Shown one piece after another: positions 1-15,000 of a stretch of 64,000 bases of DNA. The stretch comes from Balanoglossus misakiensis. Taxonomy: Eukaryota > Animalia > Hemichordata. The notes under the pieces were generated by a model, which was not told the origin of the DNA, searched no databases, and saw only the letters and a list, made by a program, of their open reading frames with translations. The stretch is taken from the NCBI GenBank assembly GCA_040954595.2, contig CM082597.2:1810422-1874421 (forward strand), read 5' to 3'. Made by a program: the position numbers and the translations under genes. How positions within the stretch are numbered: the first letter of the stretch is position 1; each line of letters opens with the position of its first letter.

Positions 1-70
1 ATTGGCATTGGAAATATTCAACATCGTAGATCTTCTAAATTGCCAATGAAGTGAATGTTCTTATTACTCA

Positions 71-3000
71 CCAGGGTCACATTGACCTGTTGGCCAGTCA
101 AGGCCATCAAGTTCACAGTACAATCCACATGGACAAGGCAGACAGTCATCAACCTCCCTAGCCATGGTCACATTGTAGTAAGTACCAGCTGGACACGGGT
201 TTTCAAACTCAGTTCCGGTACCTTCTGGGCAGTAGTAACCAGGTGGACATGGCTTGTCTTCAAAGATGACAGAACCTGTTTTGCAAACACACAACAATTA
301 TGATTACCTATCATTAGCTTATGTCTTTACTGCATTAAATTATCATATGTGAGTATGTTTGGAAGGCCGTAGAATGATACTAGAAACAATTCCAGATGTG
401 TTACTGAATTGATAAGACTATCATTGAAAGATTCTTACCTTCCGGGCAATAATATCCTTCTGGACACGCATAACATTCAGAGAGTCCACTAGCGTTGGCA
501 TAGGTTCCAGCCAGACACAGCAGTGGTTGGACTGTCCCCTCAGGGCAATAGTGTCCCTCCGGACAGATGCCTCCCTTACCCGTCTGACCAAATGGCAACA
601 CACATGTGCCATTGGCCAGGGTGATGTTACTGTCTGCATTAGGGGTGGGTCGGTCGACTCCAAACTCACAGAAGAAACCTATTGCAAGGATATCAATGAC
701 GGGGTTTACGCTATGACAGATAACTGAATTCATATCAGGTTTATATCATGATACAATTCAAGTGTACTCAAAAATTAATTTCAAACTATAGACAACACAT
801 TTGGTACCTACCAGGATAACACATATCTGTGACACTAACTGCATTCAGTGCATCACAGTAATAGCCACCATCACACGCCTTACACTGAGACTCTTCAGAG
901 AGACCTGTCTCGTTGCTGTAAGTGCCACGTGGACACGACTGCCAGTCCATACCAGTGCCGGCCGGGCAGTAGTAACCTTCTGGACATGGTGTGACTAGGT
1001 CGCCATTGATGCAGTACCTGGTGGAGAGATCATGTTATATAGTGGACAGTCATTCAATTAATGCAACACACAATGAAATCGCAACAACATGTTAGAATTG
1101 GCCACAGCAACCATATACAGACCACCCATAAAGTAGGCCAGTACTCACCATCCTTCTATGCAGATATAGCACTCCGATGCATGCGTGTGATTCATGAATG
1201 TTCCATAGGCACATGGCAGCGGTTCTGATGAATTCAATGGGCAGTAGTGACCGATGGTGCATGGGTAGTCATAGGGCCTGGAGGAGTTCTGGCCGGGCGG
1301 GCAGTAGTACCCTGGTTCGCAGGGACCAGATGGTGCATCCAGACCTGAAACAACAAGGAACATGGAAATGGTGATCAGGGGTCCTTGGCAATGTTAAGTT
1401 GATTTTCCTCCTATTTCTAGTCAGACAAGGAAATAGGGTGATGGAAAACTGTAAGCATCGATTAATCCTGAGAATACTGTTATTTTACCTCTTTCTCCAC
1501 AGTACATTCCTTCTGTACACGGTGTACACTGGTCAGAGTTGTTCAACCCTAGGTATGGATTGAACGTCCCTTCTGGACAGGGTGTTGGTAGATCCGACTG
1601 TACTGGACAGTAGTCTCCAGTGGTACATACCACTTCGGTGCGAGAGTCAGAGCCTTCAGGGCAGTAGTAGCCTGGACTACAATCACCTGTAAAGGGTAAA
1701 GTGTTGACAAAGTAAGAATGATGCACTACATCCAAAGTAAATGCTTGCTCCAACTAAAAGTGCTTAAGCCCAGATGTCGCACATGAACTTTATACAGCTG
1801 TCTGTACTAATTTATATGTGGTGTCCTTTATTAAAATTACTTGCCTTCCACAGCTAGTAATCCATAGCTTTCACAGTAGAATCCAGCCAAACATGGTGTA
1901 CAGCTGCTGGAGTTGTGAAGTCCTTCTGTGGCACCAAATGTTCCAGGTGGGCAGCTTAAGGGTTCAGCTGTGCCTTCTGGACAATAGGAACCTGTGTGTA
2001 AGGAAGAAAAGATATCAAGATGGTCATTAAGGTTTTCAATTTCTAGTAAAATACTATCTTGATATCTAAAACGTGGGCCAAGTTTTGCATGACTGACAAC
2101 AGAGGATGGTTTTACCTTGTGGACAGATGTCTGCATCATAGCCAAGATTTGGTGTTGATATATTGGCATACTGTCTGCAGTAGAACCCTGGCTGGCACAG
2201 TCCTGTGGGATAGGTCAGCCCAACCTCTTCACAATAAGAGCCACCTAGAATACAAGAAAATCTAACACATTACACCTGCAATAATTCTACATAACTGAAG
2301 TTATATGACAATAAGGAGTATTAGATATGTGTTGTAATACAGCATTGGTTAGTATGAGAGCATCTTATTCATGCCTTGTAACTTATTGAAAATAGTTTGA
2401 AATGCAGACCATACCTGAACATGGAGTACAGTCCACCACTTGATCATAGCCAGTGTCGTTACCATATGTCCCTCGTGGACAGGGGTACTGGTCATCCCTC
2501 TCTGTCCCAGGTGGACAGTAATAACCGGCCGGACAAGTGATAGTATCATTGATGACCACCACACCCAAAGAATTGTCACAGTAAAAGCCGGAAAGACAGG
2601 TCTTGCATGTCCACTTTCCTGCTTCATCCTGATATGTGCCACTCGGACAGAGAATTGGCTCGAATGCATGCTCTGGACAATAGTGACCGACTGGACATAC
2701 ATATGGGTCATCAATACTCTGACCTCTTGGACAGTAGTAACCCTGACTGCAGTTACCTGTAAATATGGAGAGATATTTTAGTAACTATAGCTCTGACATG
2801 CTAATAGTAAACTTCCTGCAGTTAAGATTTGAAATGTGGTCATAGTTAAATAAACCATATTAAACATCTCTTACCTGTGGTATCAGTAAGATTGTATTCA
2901 CCACAATACTCTCCAAGACTACAAGGAATGCAGTCAGTCACATTGACGTTCTTCTTGCTTGGACTGTAAGTTCCCGGCTCACAGGGTACTGGGTACGGCG

Positions 3001-6000
3001 ATCCCAGTGGGCAGTAGAACCCAGCTGGGCACTCATCGCCCATTATCCCATCAGTGGGTGTTGGAGTGTCCGATTTCAAAGTGCAGTAGTACCCTGCAGA
3101 ACAGTCATCAGTGGGTAGTGCTAGTCCTTCAGTCTGGCAATACTGACCACCAGTGCAGGGTACTGGGGCTCCCGAACCTGCAATGATTAAAATAAACAAT
3201 TAATACCATGGTTTTTATCCCTTTCACTACCATGGTTTGGTCCAAATTCATCATCACAATTGTCTGATTTAGATCTTAATATTGTAACTGAAGGTTTGGC
3301 TGACCCATGATTGCTGTATGACATTTAACGAACTACCTTTTGGACAGTAGTATCCCGGTTGGCATATCCCACCATGAGTGGTGGTGTTGGAGTTGTCCGA
3401 CCCTCCGGAGCAGTACCATCCTTCCATGCAGTCGTCTGTGTAGTTGCTGTTGCCGTAACCCTGGCAGTACTTGCCCAGTGGACAGTCTTGGCAGTCGTCC
3501 AGTGTGCGGCCATACGCCAGAGAATTGAAGGTACCAGGTGGACAGGGGAATTCTGTGGAATACCTTGTACCATTCGGACAGTAATATCCTGTGTTGAATT
3601 AAGAAGTAGGTGAATTTTGATCAGAATTTGAACACAGCTATAAAACTAAAAATTGACACTTTCTTATGTTCTTGGAACCTTTTATAAATACATGACTATG
3701 GACTACTGAGGGTTCAAGACTTTACCTGATGGACATGGATAACTAGCAAATTCCGTGGCATTGGCCTGGCAGTAGTAGCCGGCTGGACAGAGCTCACAGA
3801 GTGACCTCCCTACGATGTCGCTGTACGTGCCATCTTCACATGGTACTGGGTTGGCTGACCCCTCTGGACAGTAGTGACCGAGTGGACATATACCACCAAC
3901 ACCTAGAACACAGAAATACATTGACCATTTGTAGAGTAGAATCTATCCATGCTGGACCCACTATATCATCAACAGAAAATTTCATTGTTGCCAATATAGA
4001 GGAGTTAAGATTCCTCCTTACCTCTGAAGAAACTCTGTTCTGGACAAGCACACGAAGCATCGACTACAGTTGCGTTGTTTGCACTTGGATCAGGTCTGTC
4101 CACACCTGATGTGCAGTAATAACCTACGAAAATCAGAAAATAGCATTATTTCACTAAACAGTCATTTTTTTGTAAAACAACTTCTTATTGGAGAAATACA
4201 CTTGTGATTTCATCATTTTTACAGACCCATGACGCTGATCAATTAATCAGTGAATGAATGACTTACCAGCAGAGCAATTAGCAGTTGGTTCAGTGAGATG
4301 CACACTATCACAATACAAGCCACCATCACAGGCTTTGCATTGACTCTGTTCACTAAGACCCTCCACATCACTGTATGTACCAGCAGGACAGGATTGCCAA
4401 TCTAAGCCAGTACCTATAAAATACGTTTTATATGATTAGTATACGGCTATGGTCCTTCAGCATCTTGAACTGTGTCTGCTTGGAAAATTAGCCTGATTTG
4501 ACAAGAATTTCCATTTTACTATAGACTCATGCATCTTATACCGAACTTGAAATTTGGATAAACTCTTTGAATTACTTACCAGTTGGACAGAAGTAACCCT
4601 TTGGACATGGTTGATATGCTAATGATGCATTATGTATCTCCACAGGTAAACAGTAGTATCCTTCTGTACAGATTTCACATTCAGCTGCTCCGGTGTAGTT
4701 TGTGAAATAACCTGGCTCACATGACTAGAAATTGAAAAGAATTAACAGGAGTTAAAACAAAATCCCTTGACTGGCCACTAAAGACAGATTCAACTGTATG
4801 TGTTCTGATTTCCATTACAATCGTTCAATGTGAAAACTCCATCAGTAATCCTTGCATTATTCCAAACATTTTTCTCTCACCTTGTAGATTTCAGATCCAT
4901 TTGGACAGACCATACCGACAGGACAGATGAACTCAGCTGGGTTGGGTACGCTGACATTACCAGGGCAATAATAACCACCCCAACATTCCTCAGTGACTAC
5001 CGTCATACCACTGATCGGACAGTAAAATCCACCTAAAATGTAAACAGGTACACAGTAAGACTTGTGTATTATCATTCCTATAATAGAGTTTGACCACTTT
5101 GACAAGAATATTGACTCAAGACTCAAATTACCCTGTCCCTCCCAAACACTTACCTGGACATCCAGTACATTCACCCTCAGCAGTCAATCCAGGTGTGTTG
5201 GACCAGTATCCAGCAGGGCAGTCGATTGGCAGATCCGTACCCACAGGACAATAGTGACCAGGTGTGCACTGCTTGAACGCTGCAATGTCAGCTCCACTGT
5301 CACAGTAATACCCTGCCAATCGCAAATTAAAGAACATATCAGCCTAGGAAGTACAATTACAGAAGTAACCATTTTTGGATTGACATTTTATTTTTCTTAT
5401 CAATGGGATGAAAAAAAAAATCACTTACCGGCATCACACTGAGTGTCTGTGTAATTCATTCCATAGTGTTCACAGTAGTACCCTGGTGTACAGTTTCTGC
5501 ATTTATTCTCAGCGGTCAGTCTCATGTCAGGGTTGAAGGTCCCTGGCGGGCAGGGCTGCGGTGTGGCTGTACCTTCTGGACAGTAGTGACCGACTGGGCA
5601 CTCATTGTTATTTGTATCAAAGTCCGGCGTGGATGAATTGGAGCCAATAGTACAGAAATACCCTGAGGTTGAAAATAACATTTTCATGTCAGAAAACTCA
5701 GAATTACACAGATCAAATGGGTGGCATCTATGTGTTTTGTCCTGTACTAGACATGAAGACATTTGTATTTGTACCACCGGCAACACAAGCAAATGACTCC
5801 CTTAAAACACCATACTTTGGTATGATCCACTGTTACCAATGATGTGGTCGAACCACTGCATATACCAATGGGGATGAAAGGGGGGGCCAACTTACCAGGC
5901 TGGCATGGTCCAGTTGGTTCAGAGAGTCCTTCAGTTTCGCAGTACATACCACCACTGCAGGGTTGACAATCATCTAACTGGACACGGTGAGTCAGATTGT

Positions 6001-9000
6001 TGAAGGTGCCACGTTGACAGGGGAATTCATTGCTGCGTTTTGTCTTCAGTGGACAGTAATAACCTATTAAGAGAGGGTACATACAGATGAAACACTGAAA
6101 CATGGAAAAGTGGTCAGTAATTATTGCTAACTAGTGACTTAACTCAACTAGCAGATGGATCAATTATTAGAGTATTTTTTCTCACCTGTAGGACACCAGG
6201 AGTTGTTGTAGAGGACCACAGGGTCCATAGTGTTATCACAGAAGTAGCCCTCCGGACAATCCTTACATTCAAACTGACCAATCTCATCCTGGTATTCACC
6301 GGAGATACATCTCAGTGGCTCTGGGCTGCCTTCAGGGCAGTAATGACCTGGACACAAGGAGAGATGAAGATGTAACTGTTAACAGGGTTGTATTTGTCAC
6401 ACATGTTTCTGCACTTAGTGACATTTTTCCGGGTGAATATACTAAGTAACGACTAGCATGGAGTGAAGATGAAACATTCTGCACATGATCACTTCATGCC
6501 TTGACATCTCAAATACAGAATCCTCTAGTGGTTTAATTGAAACCTGCTCTATTCTTACCCTGAGTGCAGTTGTACTCGGGTGGTGTGGCCACTGACTGAC
6601 CACCTGGACAATAGTATCCTGCATCACAGTAATCCGTGGGCACAGCATTACCACCACCGCCACAGTACCATCCACCAATGCACGAGATACAGTCGCTGAT
6701 GTCATCATTTCCTGTGCTGTTGAGGAATGTCCCGGAAGGACACAGTGTTGGCGAGTCACTGATAGCAGGACAGTAGCTGCCCTGGGGGCAGACGTCGCCA
6801 GTGGCGTTGCCGTCGTTAGGATTGGGCACTACAGCCTTGGAATAGCAATAATAACCTACAAGATATACAAGGTCATGGTTAACAAGGTCAAGATCAAGAA
6901 TGAACTCGCCTGATTGGCAAAAATATATGTGATTATATGCATGAGAAAATACTAGACAGTTTACCATTCAACCACATACGTCGAATACACTGAACAAAAC
7001 ATGTTTGTTGCTAAAGTGTAGGGTCAACATCTTCCCTGATGCCATTTTGACAGTTTCAACATATTTATGTGGCTGAACTTAAAGCCCTCGTAACTCTAAC
7101 TTTTGGCTATTTTTTCAGTATTTTACTCCTGTGTAAACTCTGGTTTCTGGTTCTACTCTGGATAGCTTTATGAAATGTTCAGTTTTTAGTCTCTCAAAAA
7201 GAATTTTCATCTCACCTGGATCACATTCACCAGAGACGTTACTCAATCTTCCCACAGCACAGTAGTAACCACCAGTGCAAGCTATCGGCAGTGGTGACCC
7301 TTCTGGACAGAAGTAACCAGCTTGGCACTCATCACCGCCAGTGCCAGTGGGCATGCTGGTCGTAGAGCTATCATCACAGTAGTAGCCACCTTCGCAAAGT
7401 CCTGTTGGCCAGCTCAGACCACTACTGGCACAGTAGTGACCACCTGGAGTGGAGGACAAAAACAAAGAAATAGTAAATGGACACAACATGTCAAGATCAG
7501 CCACATGTAGTTTCAAATTACTTCTGATATTAATTTCATTTTCATCTTAAACCAACTGCAACCCAACTTACAATTTAGGGGCATGGTGTACATTAACCTG
7601 TTAAGTATGGGATAACAAAACTGATTGGTGGAATGATTGATTGAAAAGGCAAAATACTCACCAAGACAATCCACGCAGTCACTGATGTTACTCTTGCCTG
7701 TCATATTGTTGAAAGTACCAGCCGGGCAGGAGAACTGGTCTTCGTACTCTGTCCCTTCAGGACAGTAGTGACCGGTTGGACAGGGCTTGTCGCTGTAAGT
7801 GGTGGTGCCATTGGGACAGTAATAACCTGTGAAAATCAGGGAATTTCACATGAGCAGGTTCATACATTCTATGTCATTTAAATTTCCAATAATTTTCCAG
7901 TCTCTTCCTGAGAGTTCTGCTTTTATGTCCAGGGGCGTACAAATCCTGTTAATAGGCAAAAGCAGATGCTGGCAACATACTATCACAGACACTTACCAGC
8001 TTCACATGGCAAGCACAGTCCCATTCTGTCGTAAGGGGCGTAAGTTCCAGCAGGACAGGGTGTTGGGAAGAAGCTCCCTTGCGGGCAGTAGTGTCCCGGC
8101 GGGCACATGCCACCATACCCGGTCTGGTGGTCATCAAAGTATGGACAGGTCTCGTTGACCATGGGTGCCGAAGAATTGTCCCCATCGGGGTTTGTCCGGT
8201 CAATGCCATACACACAGTAATATCCAGCACTACATTCTCCTGTGAGATAAGTTAATATTCAGAAAATGAGAAAACAAAAGATCAGTATGGTCAGCAATGG
8301 ATCGAAGATATCAAACACTATCATGGTAATTCAAAATAGGGGACTATCATAAATGCACTAGTTAGAGGTTGACTGAGAACGGACTCACCTGTAGGCGCTG
8401 CGAGATGCTCATCTTCACAGTAATGCCCAGCTTCACACTGTATACACTGACTCAACATATAGGTGCCTTCCACATCACTGTATGTACCCCTGGGACATGA
8501 TTTGAGATCAATTCCTGTGCCTTGCGGACAATAATACCCTTTAGGACAAATTTGTTTGATGCCAGCTTGTGGGCAGTAGTAACCGGCCGGGCATTCGTAG
8601 CACATCACTGCATGAGTGTGGTTCACCTGAACATAAAATAAATATGTCCGAAAACAAATAAATAAAAGATAAGACATAAATGTTTACCAATTCAAAGTGA
8701 TGATATTCATTTAACTGCCGAGAGAGATAGTTTTAGAATGCAAGAAACTTTGAGGAAAATGTAACATCTGATGGCAAACTGACCTCACTGTTGTTTCTGC
8801 ATGGTATTGGGTATGCCACACCTTCTGGGCAATAGTGACCGACGGGGCAATAGGTAGTACTGGGTTCCTCGTCGACAGTACCCGGTGGGCAGTAGTACCC
8901 TTCACTGCACAACCCAGTGGGTTCCACCAATCCTTCGGTCTCGCAGTACATCCCACCAGTGCAAGGGTAGCACCCGTTCTCCCCACTTGGACCAATCTTG

Positions 9001-12000
9001 TTGGTCTCGTTACTGAAGGTTCCCGCTGGACAGGGTGTCGGGTCGAATGTTCCGTTGGTACAGTAGTGACCGACAGGGCAGTCGATCTGGTCTGGTCGTA
9101 CAGAGCCCTCCGGACAGTAGTAACCCTCGTAGCACTGGCCGCTTGGATCAGTAAGGTTGAAGTCACCGCAATAGTAACCCTTAGTGCAGTTGAGGCATTC
9201 GGATTCACTCTCCAGCATTGCGACCTGGGAGAAGGTGCCCCTTGGGCATCGCTCTGGTTCGTCGGTACCTTCCGGGCAGAAGAACCCGACTGGACAGATG
9301 TTAGCATTATCGTCCTGATCCGGTGTAGCTTCCACGGCGTATCTCCGGCAGAAGTAACCCGGAGAGCAGAGGTCGGAATAGCTGGTCATGGCCTCTTCCG
9401 GGCAGAAGTACCCACCCGGGCACGGATTGCAGTCGTCAGACTCATTCAGACCCGGGCGATCGCTGAAGGTACCCCTCGGGCATTTGAACTCGTAGGCGTA
9501 ACGTGTACCAGCCGGGCAGTAGTACCCGTGGGGACAGGTAGAATTCTGCCACAGCACAACCGGCTCCATGGTGTTGTCACAGAAATAACCCTGTGGGCAG
9601 GTCTTGCAGCTGGCCTGGGCTATTTCATCCTGGTATGTGCCAGAATCGCAACGTACTGGCTCTGTGCTACCCCTAGGACAGTAGTGACCTGAAAATTAAA
9701 TGTAATGACAGTAAAAATACTTTGCATTTATACAGAATGCCTGATTAAACATTTTCCAATTTTACCCCTAAAACTCAAGATGGACTGCACCAAAGCATAG
9801 ACAATACACAGACCATCCCAAAGTGCATGGTAACAAAGGGGTTTCTGGGTGCTCATTACCTTGTGGACACATGTAATCATTAGGGTTGGGCACGGCCTGT
9901 CCATCAGGACAGTAATACCCTTCATCGCATTCATCTGTTGTGTAGCTGTTACCATAGCCAGCACAGTAGAACCCATCTGTACAGTTGAAACAGTCACCAA
10001 TATCCATATTGCCTGTCGTGTTGCTGTATGTGCCTGGTGGACATCCAATACCGGCCGGACTTCCAGAGGGACAGTAGTGACCGGATGGGCAGATGTCCCC
10101 TAAAAAGATAAGACATTTAATTTAGAAAGCTAACCAAGTGTACATCATGTGTTCCTTTGGTGGCACACTTACTTCACAAATTTCACACACACTGTGCCTT
10201 CTGTAAGGACTCACAATTTTTGGATAAAAGGTCGCATACCTGTAACACCATCAGTTGGGTCAGCCACCACCGCAGCACTGACGCAGTAGTACCCTGCACT
10301 GCAGTTGGCCGTGGGCTCTGACAACTGGTTCGTCCCGCAGTACATTCCAGGTGCGCAGTCAATAGGGAGGGAACTTCCGGCTGGACAATACTCCCCTGCC
10401 ATACACTGTCCACCTAGTGCCGGATCCACAGGTTGCGCAAACTCAGATCCATTCTTACAAAACCATCCAGGATCGCACACGTCAGTTGGCCAGTCCAGAC
10501 CCTGGTTCCCACAGTAATACCTGAGTAATAATCAAACAATAAAATTCAAATGTTTATACTTCTTTTGTGCGGGTGGCTTTTTTTTCAGAACTTCTCAAAG
10601 CAAGATCTGATTTGATTTTTAATTAACAATTATTTAAAATTTGACAAAAACCCTTACTTTACCAAAAAGTTCCTTCTATGGTCAGATAATGTATGAATAT
10701 TTGATATTTTTAAACTTATTTTGCAATCAGCAAAGACTAAGATAATAGCAAAGGTTGCCTCTTACCCAGAAGCACAAGCCAGGCAGTCATCCACAGTTGT
10801 CCGCTCAGTCAGATTGTTGAACGTCCCCCTGGGGCAGGGGTCCTGGTGGGGGGTCTGTGTCTGATCACCACAGTAATACCCAGCTGGACAGGATGTCGGG
10901 ATCGTGGTGTTCTCATAACAGTAGAAGCCAGCCGGACAGGTCATGCATGACACCTGACCGGTTAGATTTGTGTAGGTACCAGGGAGACAGGGCGTGGGAT
11001 ATTCTGACCCAGCTGGACATTTGTAACCTTGTCAAGTCAAAAAAAGGTTTACAAACGGTCACTATATGGTTAACCATGGTTTGCACATTCAAAGTCAATC
11101 AAAACCCACAATTTTTCAGCTTTTTAAAATATGATTATCATAACATATTACAGCATCAAAGACTAGTTATCATCACATTAGTCTTTCTTGTTTATTTATA
11201 TATTTCAATGATGGACAGGTGTCATCACTACATCACTTAATCAGTTCGTCCAAACAGACTTACCCATAGGGCACTCTCCACCATAGCTAGGATCAGTGGG
11301 CTGGTATTCGGGAGAGCCCTTCAGGCAATAGTAACCTGGTGCACACTGGTCTGTGACGTCCGTCATGTTGTAGTCCATGCAGTAGTAACCAGCTGTACAT
11401 AGGGTGCATTCACTCTCTGCGCCTAGATGGGTGGATGTACTGCAAAGAAAACCTCATTCCGTTAACATACCTACTTCACCCTTTCTTGCTCTTGTAAGAG
11501 TCCAACCGCGCCATTGAAACCAATGAAAAGAACTGGGTTAATCCAATGTAGGGGAGGGGGACAGTCAAAGAAAGCATCTGTAAGTGTTGTCAATGTGAAT
11601 TAGTGTAATTAAACTACCACTGTTTGTTGACTGACCTGTAAGTTCCTGGTGGGCACGGTGTTGGTTCCTCACTGCCTGTCGGACAATAGAAACCAGGTGG
11701 GCATATACCCCAGTCGTCGCTCACATCACCGAACGGTCCCTCCTGCTGGGCCCCTCTCCTGGACCAATAACCAGCCTTGATGAACCCTGTTCCATTGGAC
11801 AACCCTTCTGTTTCGCAGTACTCCCCCGGCAAGCAGTCACTACACTCTGCCACATCCGTCAGTCCTTCGCGAGATCCATATGTTCCCACAGGACAGGCTT
11901 TTGGCACAGTTTCTCTCTCGGTGTTCGTGCTTCCGACACAGTAGTAGCCTTGCGGACAAAGTATCGGATCGTTATCCGGCTGGCAGTAGAATCCTGGTGG

Positions 12001-15000
12001 GCAGTTCAGACAGGCTGACATCCCAGTGGCATTTGCGAAGGTTCCAACGGCACATACTTTTTCATCGAATGACCCTTCCGGACAGTATCGCCTGATGGAG
12101 CATGGCGCTCCAGTGATGTTGTCATGGGGATTTGGCTGATCGGCTCCTCCAAGGCAATAATACCCTGGCCAACACTGGCCTATGGGGGCATCAATGCCAG
12201 TCTCGTTGCAGAAATAGCCAGGATCACAAGAGATACACTCTGATTCATTCTTCCCACCAAGGTAGTTTAGGTAAGTCCCTGTCGGGCATGGCACCATGTA
12301 CGTTGCCCCTTGCGGGCAGTAGTGTCCACGCGAGCAGATGTCTCCCCAGGTCAGGATGATCTGTCCACCCGATGGGTCATCGTTATACACAGGATTGCTG
12401 AACTCAGCCAGCAGGTAGCAGATGTGCCCAGCGTCACATTCTCCAGTAGGTGCAGTTATGGCATTATCATTGCAGTAATATCCTGGTGGACAATCAGTGC
12501 AGTTATCTCGCGAGATCATGTGTTCAAATGGTTGAAACGTCCCAACTGGGCAAGCCTCTGGTGTAAATGCCCCCACCCCACAATACCACCCAGCCGGGCA
12601 TGCAGTCATGTTAGTCAAGCCTTTCTCCGGACAATAAAATCCCGGATCACAAGTCAAGCATTCCCCGGCACGATCATATGGCATGTAGGTTCCCAATTCA
12701 CAGGCAAATGGCATCGCTGATCCCGACGGGGAATAGTATCCTGGTTGAGTCAGTGTCTGGTTGGGTGTTCTGGCACCTCCCGTGCAGTAGTAACCTGGAT
12801 TGCACGGTCCAGTGGGCTCTGGCGTTCTGGCGTTACTGCAGTAGAAGCCTGGGTCACAAGCATAGCAGTCGTAATGGTTAACAGCCCCGGACGTGTTACT
12901 GTAAGTTCCCGGAGGACAAGGCTGGCTCTCATAGGAACCTAGTGTGCAATAACCGCCAGCTGGGCAGAGTTCGCCTGTAACACCATCAGTTGGTGTTGAT
13001 GTGTACGCCCCACCGTAACAGATGTATCCTGGGTCGCAAGGTGCACGTGGTTTGAACAGACCCTGGGAGTCGCAGTAGAAGCCTGGATCACACTGTGGAC
13101 AGGCCTCTATACTCCCAGCACCTAAATAGGACACACAAAATTATCCAATTTATTAAAATTATATTGAATTTCTTGACAAAGAGAAAAGTGGTAACACGCA
13201 CCGTAAAGAGTGATGACTTTCTTTCACCATGAAATCTCTTTTACGTTAAACACTCTAAATAGTGTCTGGATGGTTATCCATCTGGACAATAACCTGGCTT
13301 GCGATAGGGTCTTGATAACAGACCAGGGGTACCTGTTACAGAACCTTCTGAACTGACAAACGTGTATCACAAACACCATACCTGTCTGATTGCCGTAACG
13401 TCCAATTGGACATGGAAGGGGAGCCGATGATTCCGCTGGACAGTAGAACGCACGTGGGCAGATGATTGGGTCTGAAGTGCCAACGTCACAGTAGGACCCT
13501 ACAGGACATGGAGCACAGTCTTCCAGTTCACCAGCACCTACTGTGTCTCTGTATGTTGCTTCTGGACAAGGGATCTGAATTGACAGAATACAGATATACA
13601 CATATGAAGAGTGATGTCTCACATCTTTCTTTTTACACACCATTACTTGCATATCTTTCTTGTACATATTTGACCAAGTACATTCTTGCCTGTTTATTGT
13701 CATCATACCGTCTATTCATCTGCATGTTAACTGTGAATAAGTCAAGTAATTGGGTACTATCATACTTAAATCTGAATATTAAAATTACCCACCTGTTCAG
13801 GGCCATATGAGCCAATGAGTGGTGGGCTGTTACCATAAGTATTGGTGATATTTGTTGGACAGTAGTAACCGGTACTGCAAGGCCCATTAACTGTGCTTCT
13901 CTCTTCCAGACAATAAGATCCAGCATCACATGGCAGACATTGCGTTATGGCACCTAAGTTTGTGGTTGGATTATAAGTACCAACTGGACAATTCAGTTCC
14001 TCAACCGTTGCTGCAAGAGAACGTTTATAAATGATTGTGTTATCAATGTATAAACAATAACCTAGGTATGGTAGATGATCCCATAGTTTACAGAACAGTA
14101 TAAACCCCTCCCCCTTCTGAGGATATTGGCACTAGATGTACCATCTGATTGACATACCTTCCGGACAGTAATGAGCCACTGTGCAGTCACTGGCAGCAGC
14201 CACGGAGTGGAGTCCCTCGGGACAGAAATACCCGGCTGGACATCTCTTGTTGGTCAACATGTCAGTTTCTGATGTGGTCACATTGTCGCAGTAATGCCTG
14301 ACCAAGAGGAAAATAAAACATACAGACTATCACATCTTATAGTATACACAAAGTTGTGTAGAATGCAGATGAACCAACGATATTACATGTTTATTGTACC
14401 CTAAAACAGCAGGATTTCTCACATAGAAATTTATGCACAGAATGTCAAAATATATCACCACCTACCCAATCTGACAGGTAATGCATTCATTCTTCCCATC
14501 TTCAGAATAAAAACTAGTTCCACACTCCACGGGATCGTACGTGGCATTTCCACATTTGGAACCGCCCGGGCAGGGCATGCAGTCGAATTGGTAGCCGGCT
14601 GGTTCGCCAATGACAACACCATTCGAGTCCTCACCATAAGGCATGTATGTACCAGCAGGGCAGTCGATGGGGGTCACTGAGGCATATTCGCAGAAGTGGC
14701 CTGTATGAAACAACAACATAGAAATGTGGAATAACTACTGGAACTTTGCAAAATTAACATTCTTGATTGGACTACATAAATCTCATTGTGCCTTTCTGGA
14801 GTACCTTTTATTCACAGAAATACTTACCAAGGGTACAGTTCTTGCACTGGCTATCAGACGAGAGACCGGTGGTCGGATTGTAGGTCCCATTGGGACAGCC
14901 ATACTGCTCTGCTACCTCTGTACCAGGTGGACAGTAGTAGGCAGGTGGACAGATGCCAGTGACACTGGGTTGACCACCTGTTGAGAAACAATGGAGATAT

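Noticed and set aside
8835-9692. 285-aa plus-strand ORF and the many other overlapping ORFs across 1-21800
   Set aside because: Antisense or alternate-frame shadows of the repetitive coding exons; no independent motifs or splice logic.
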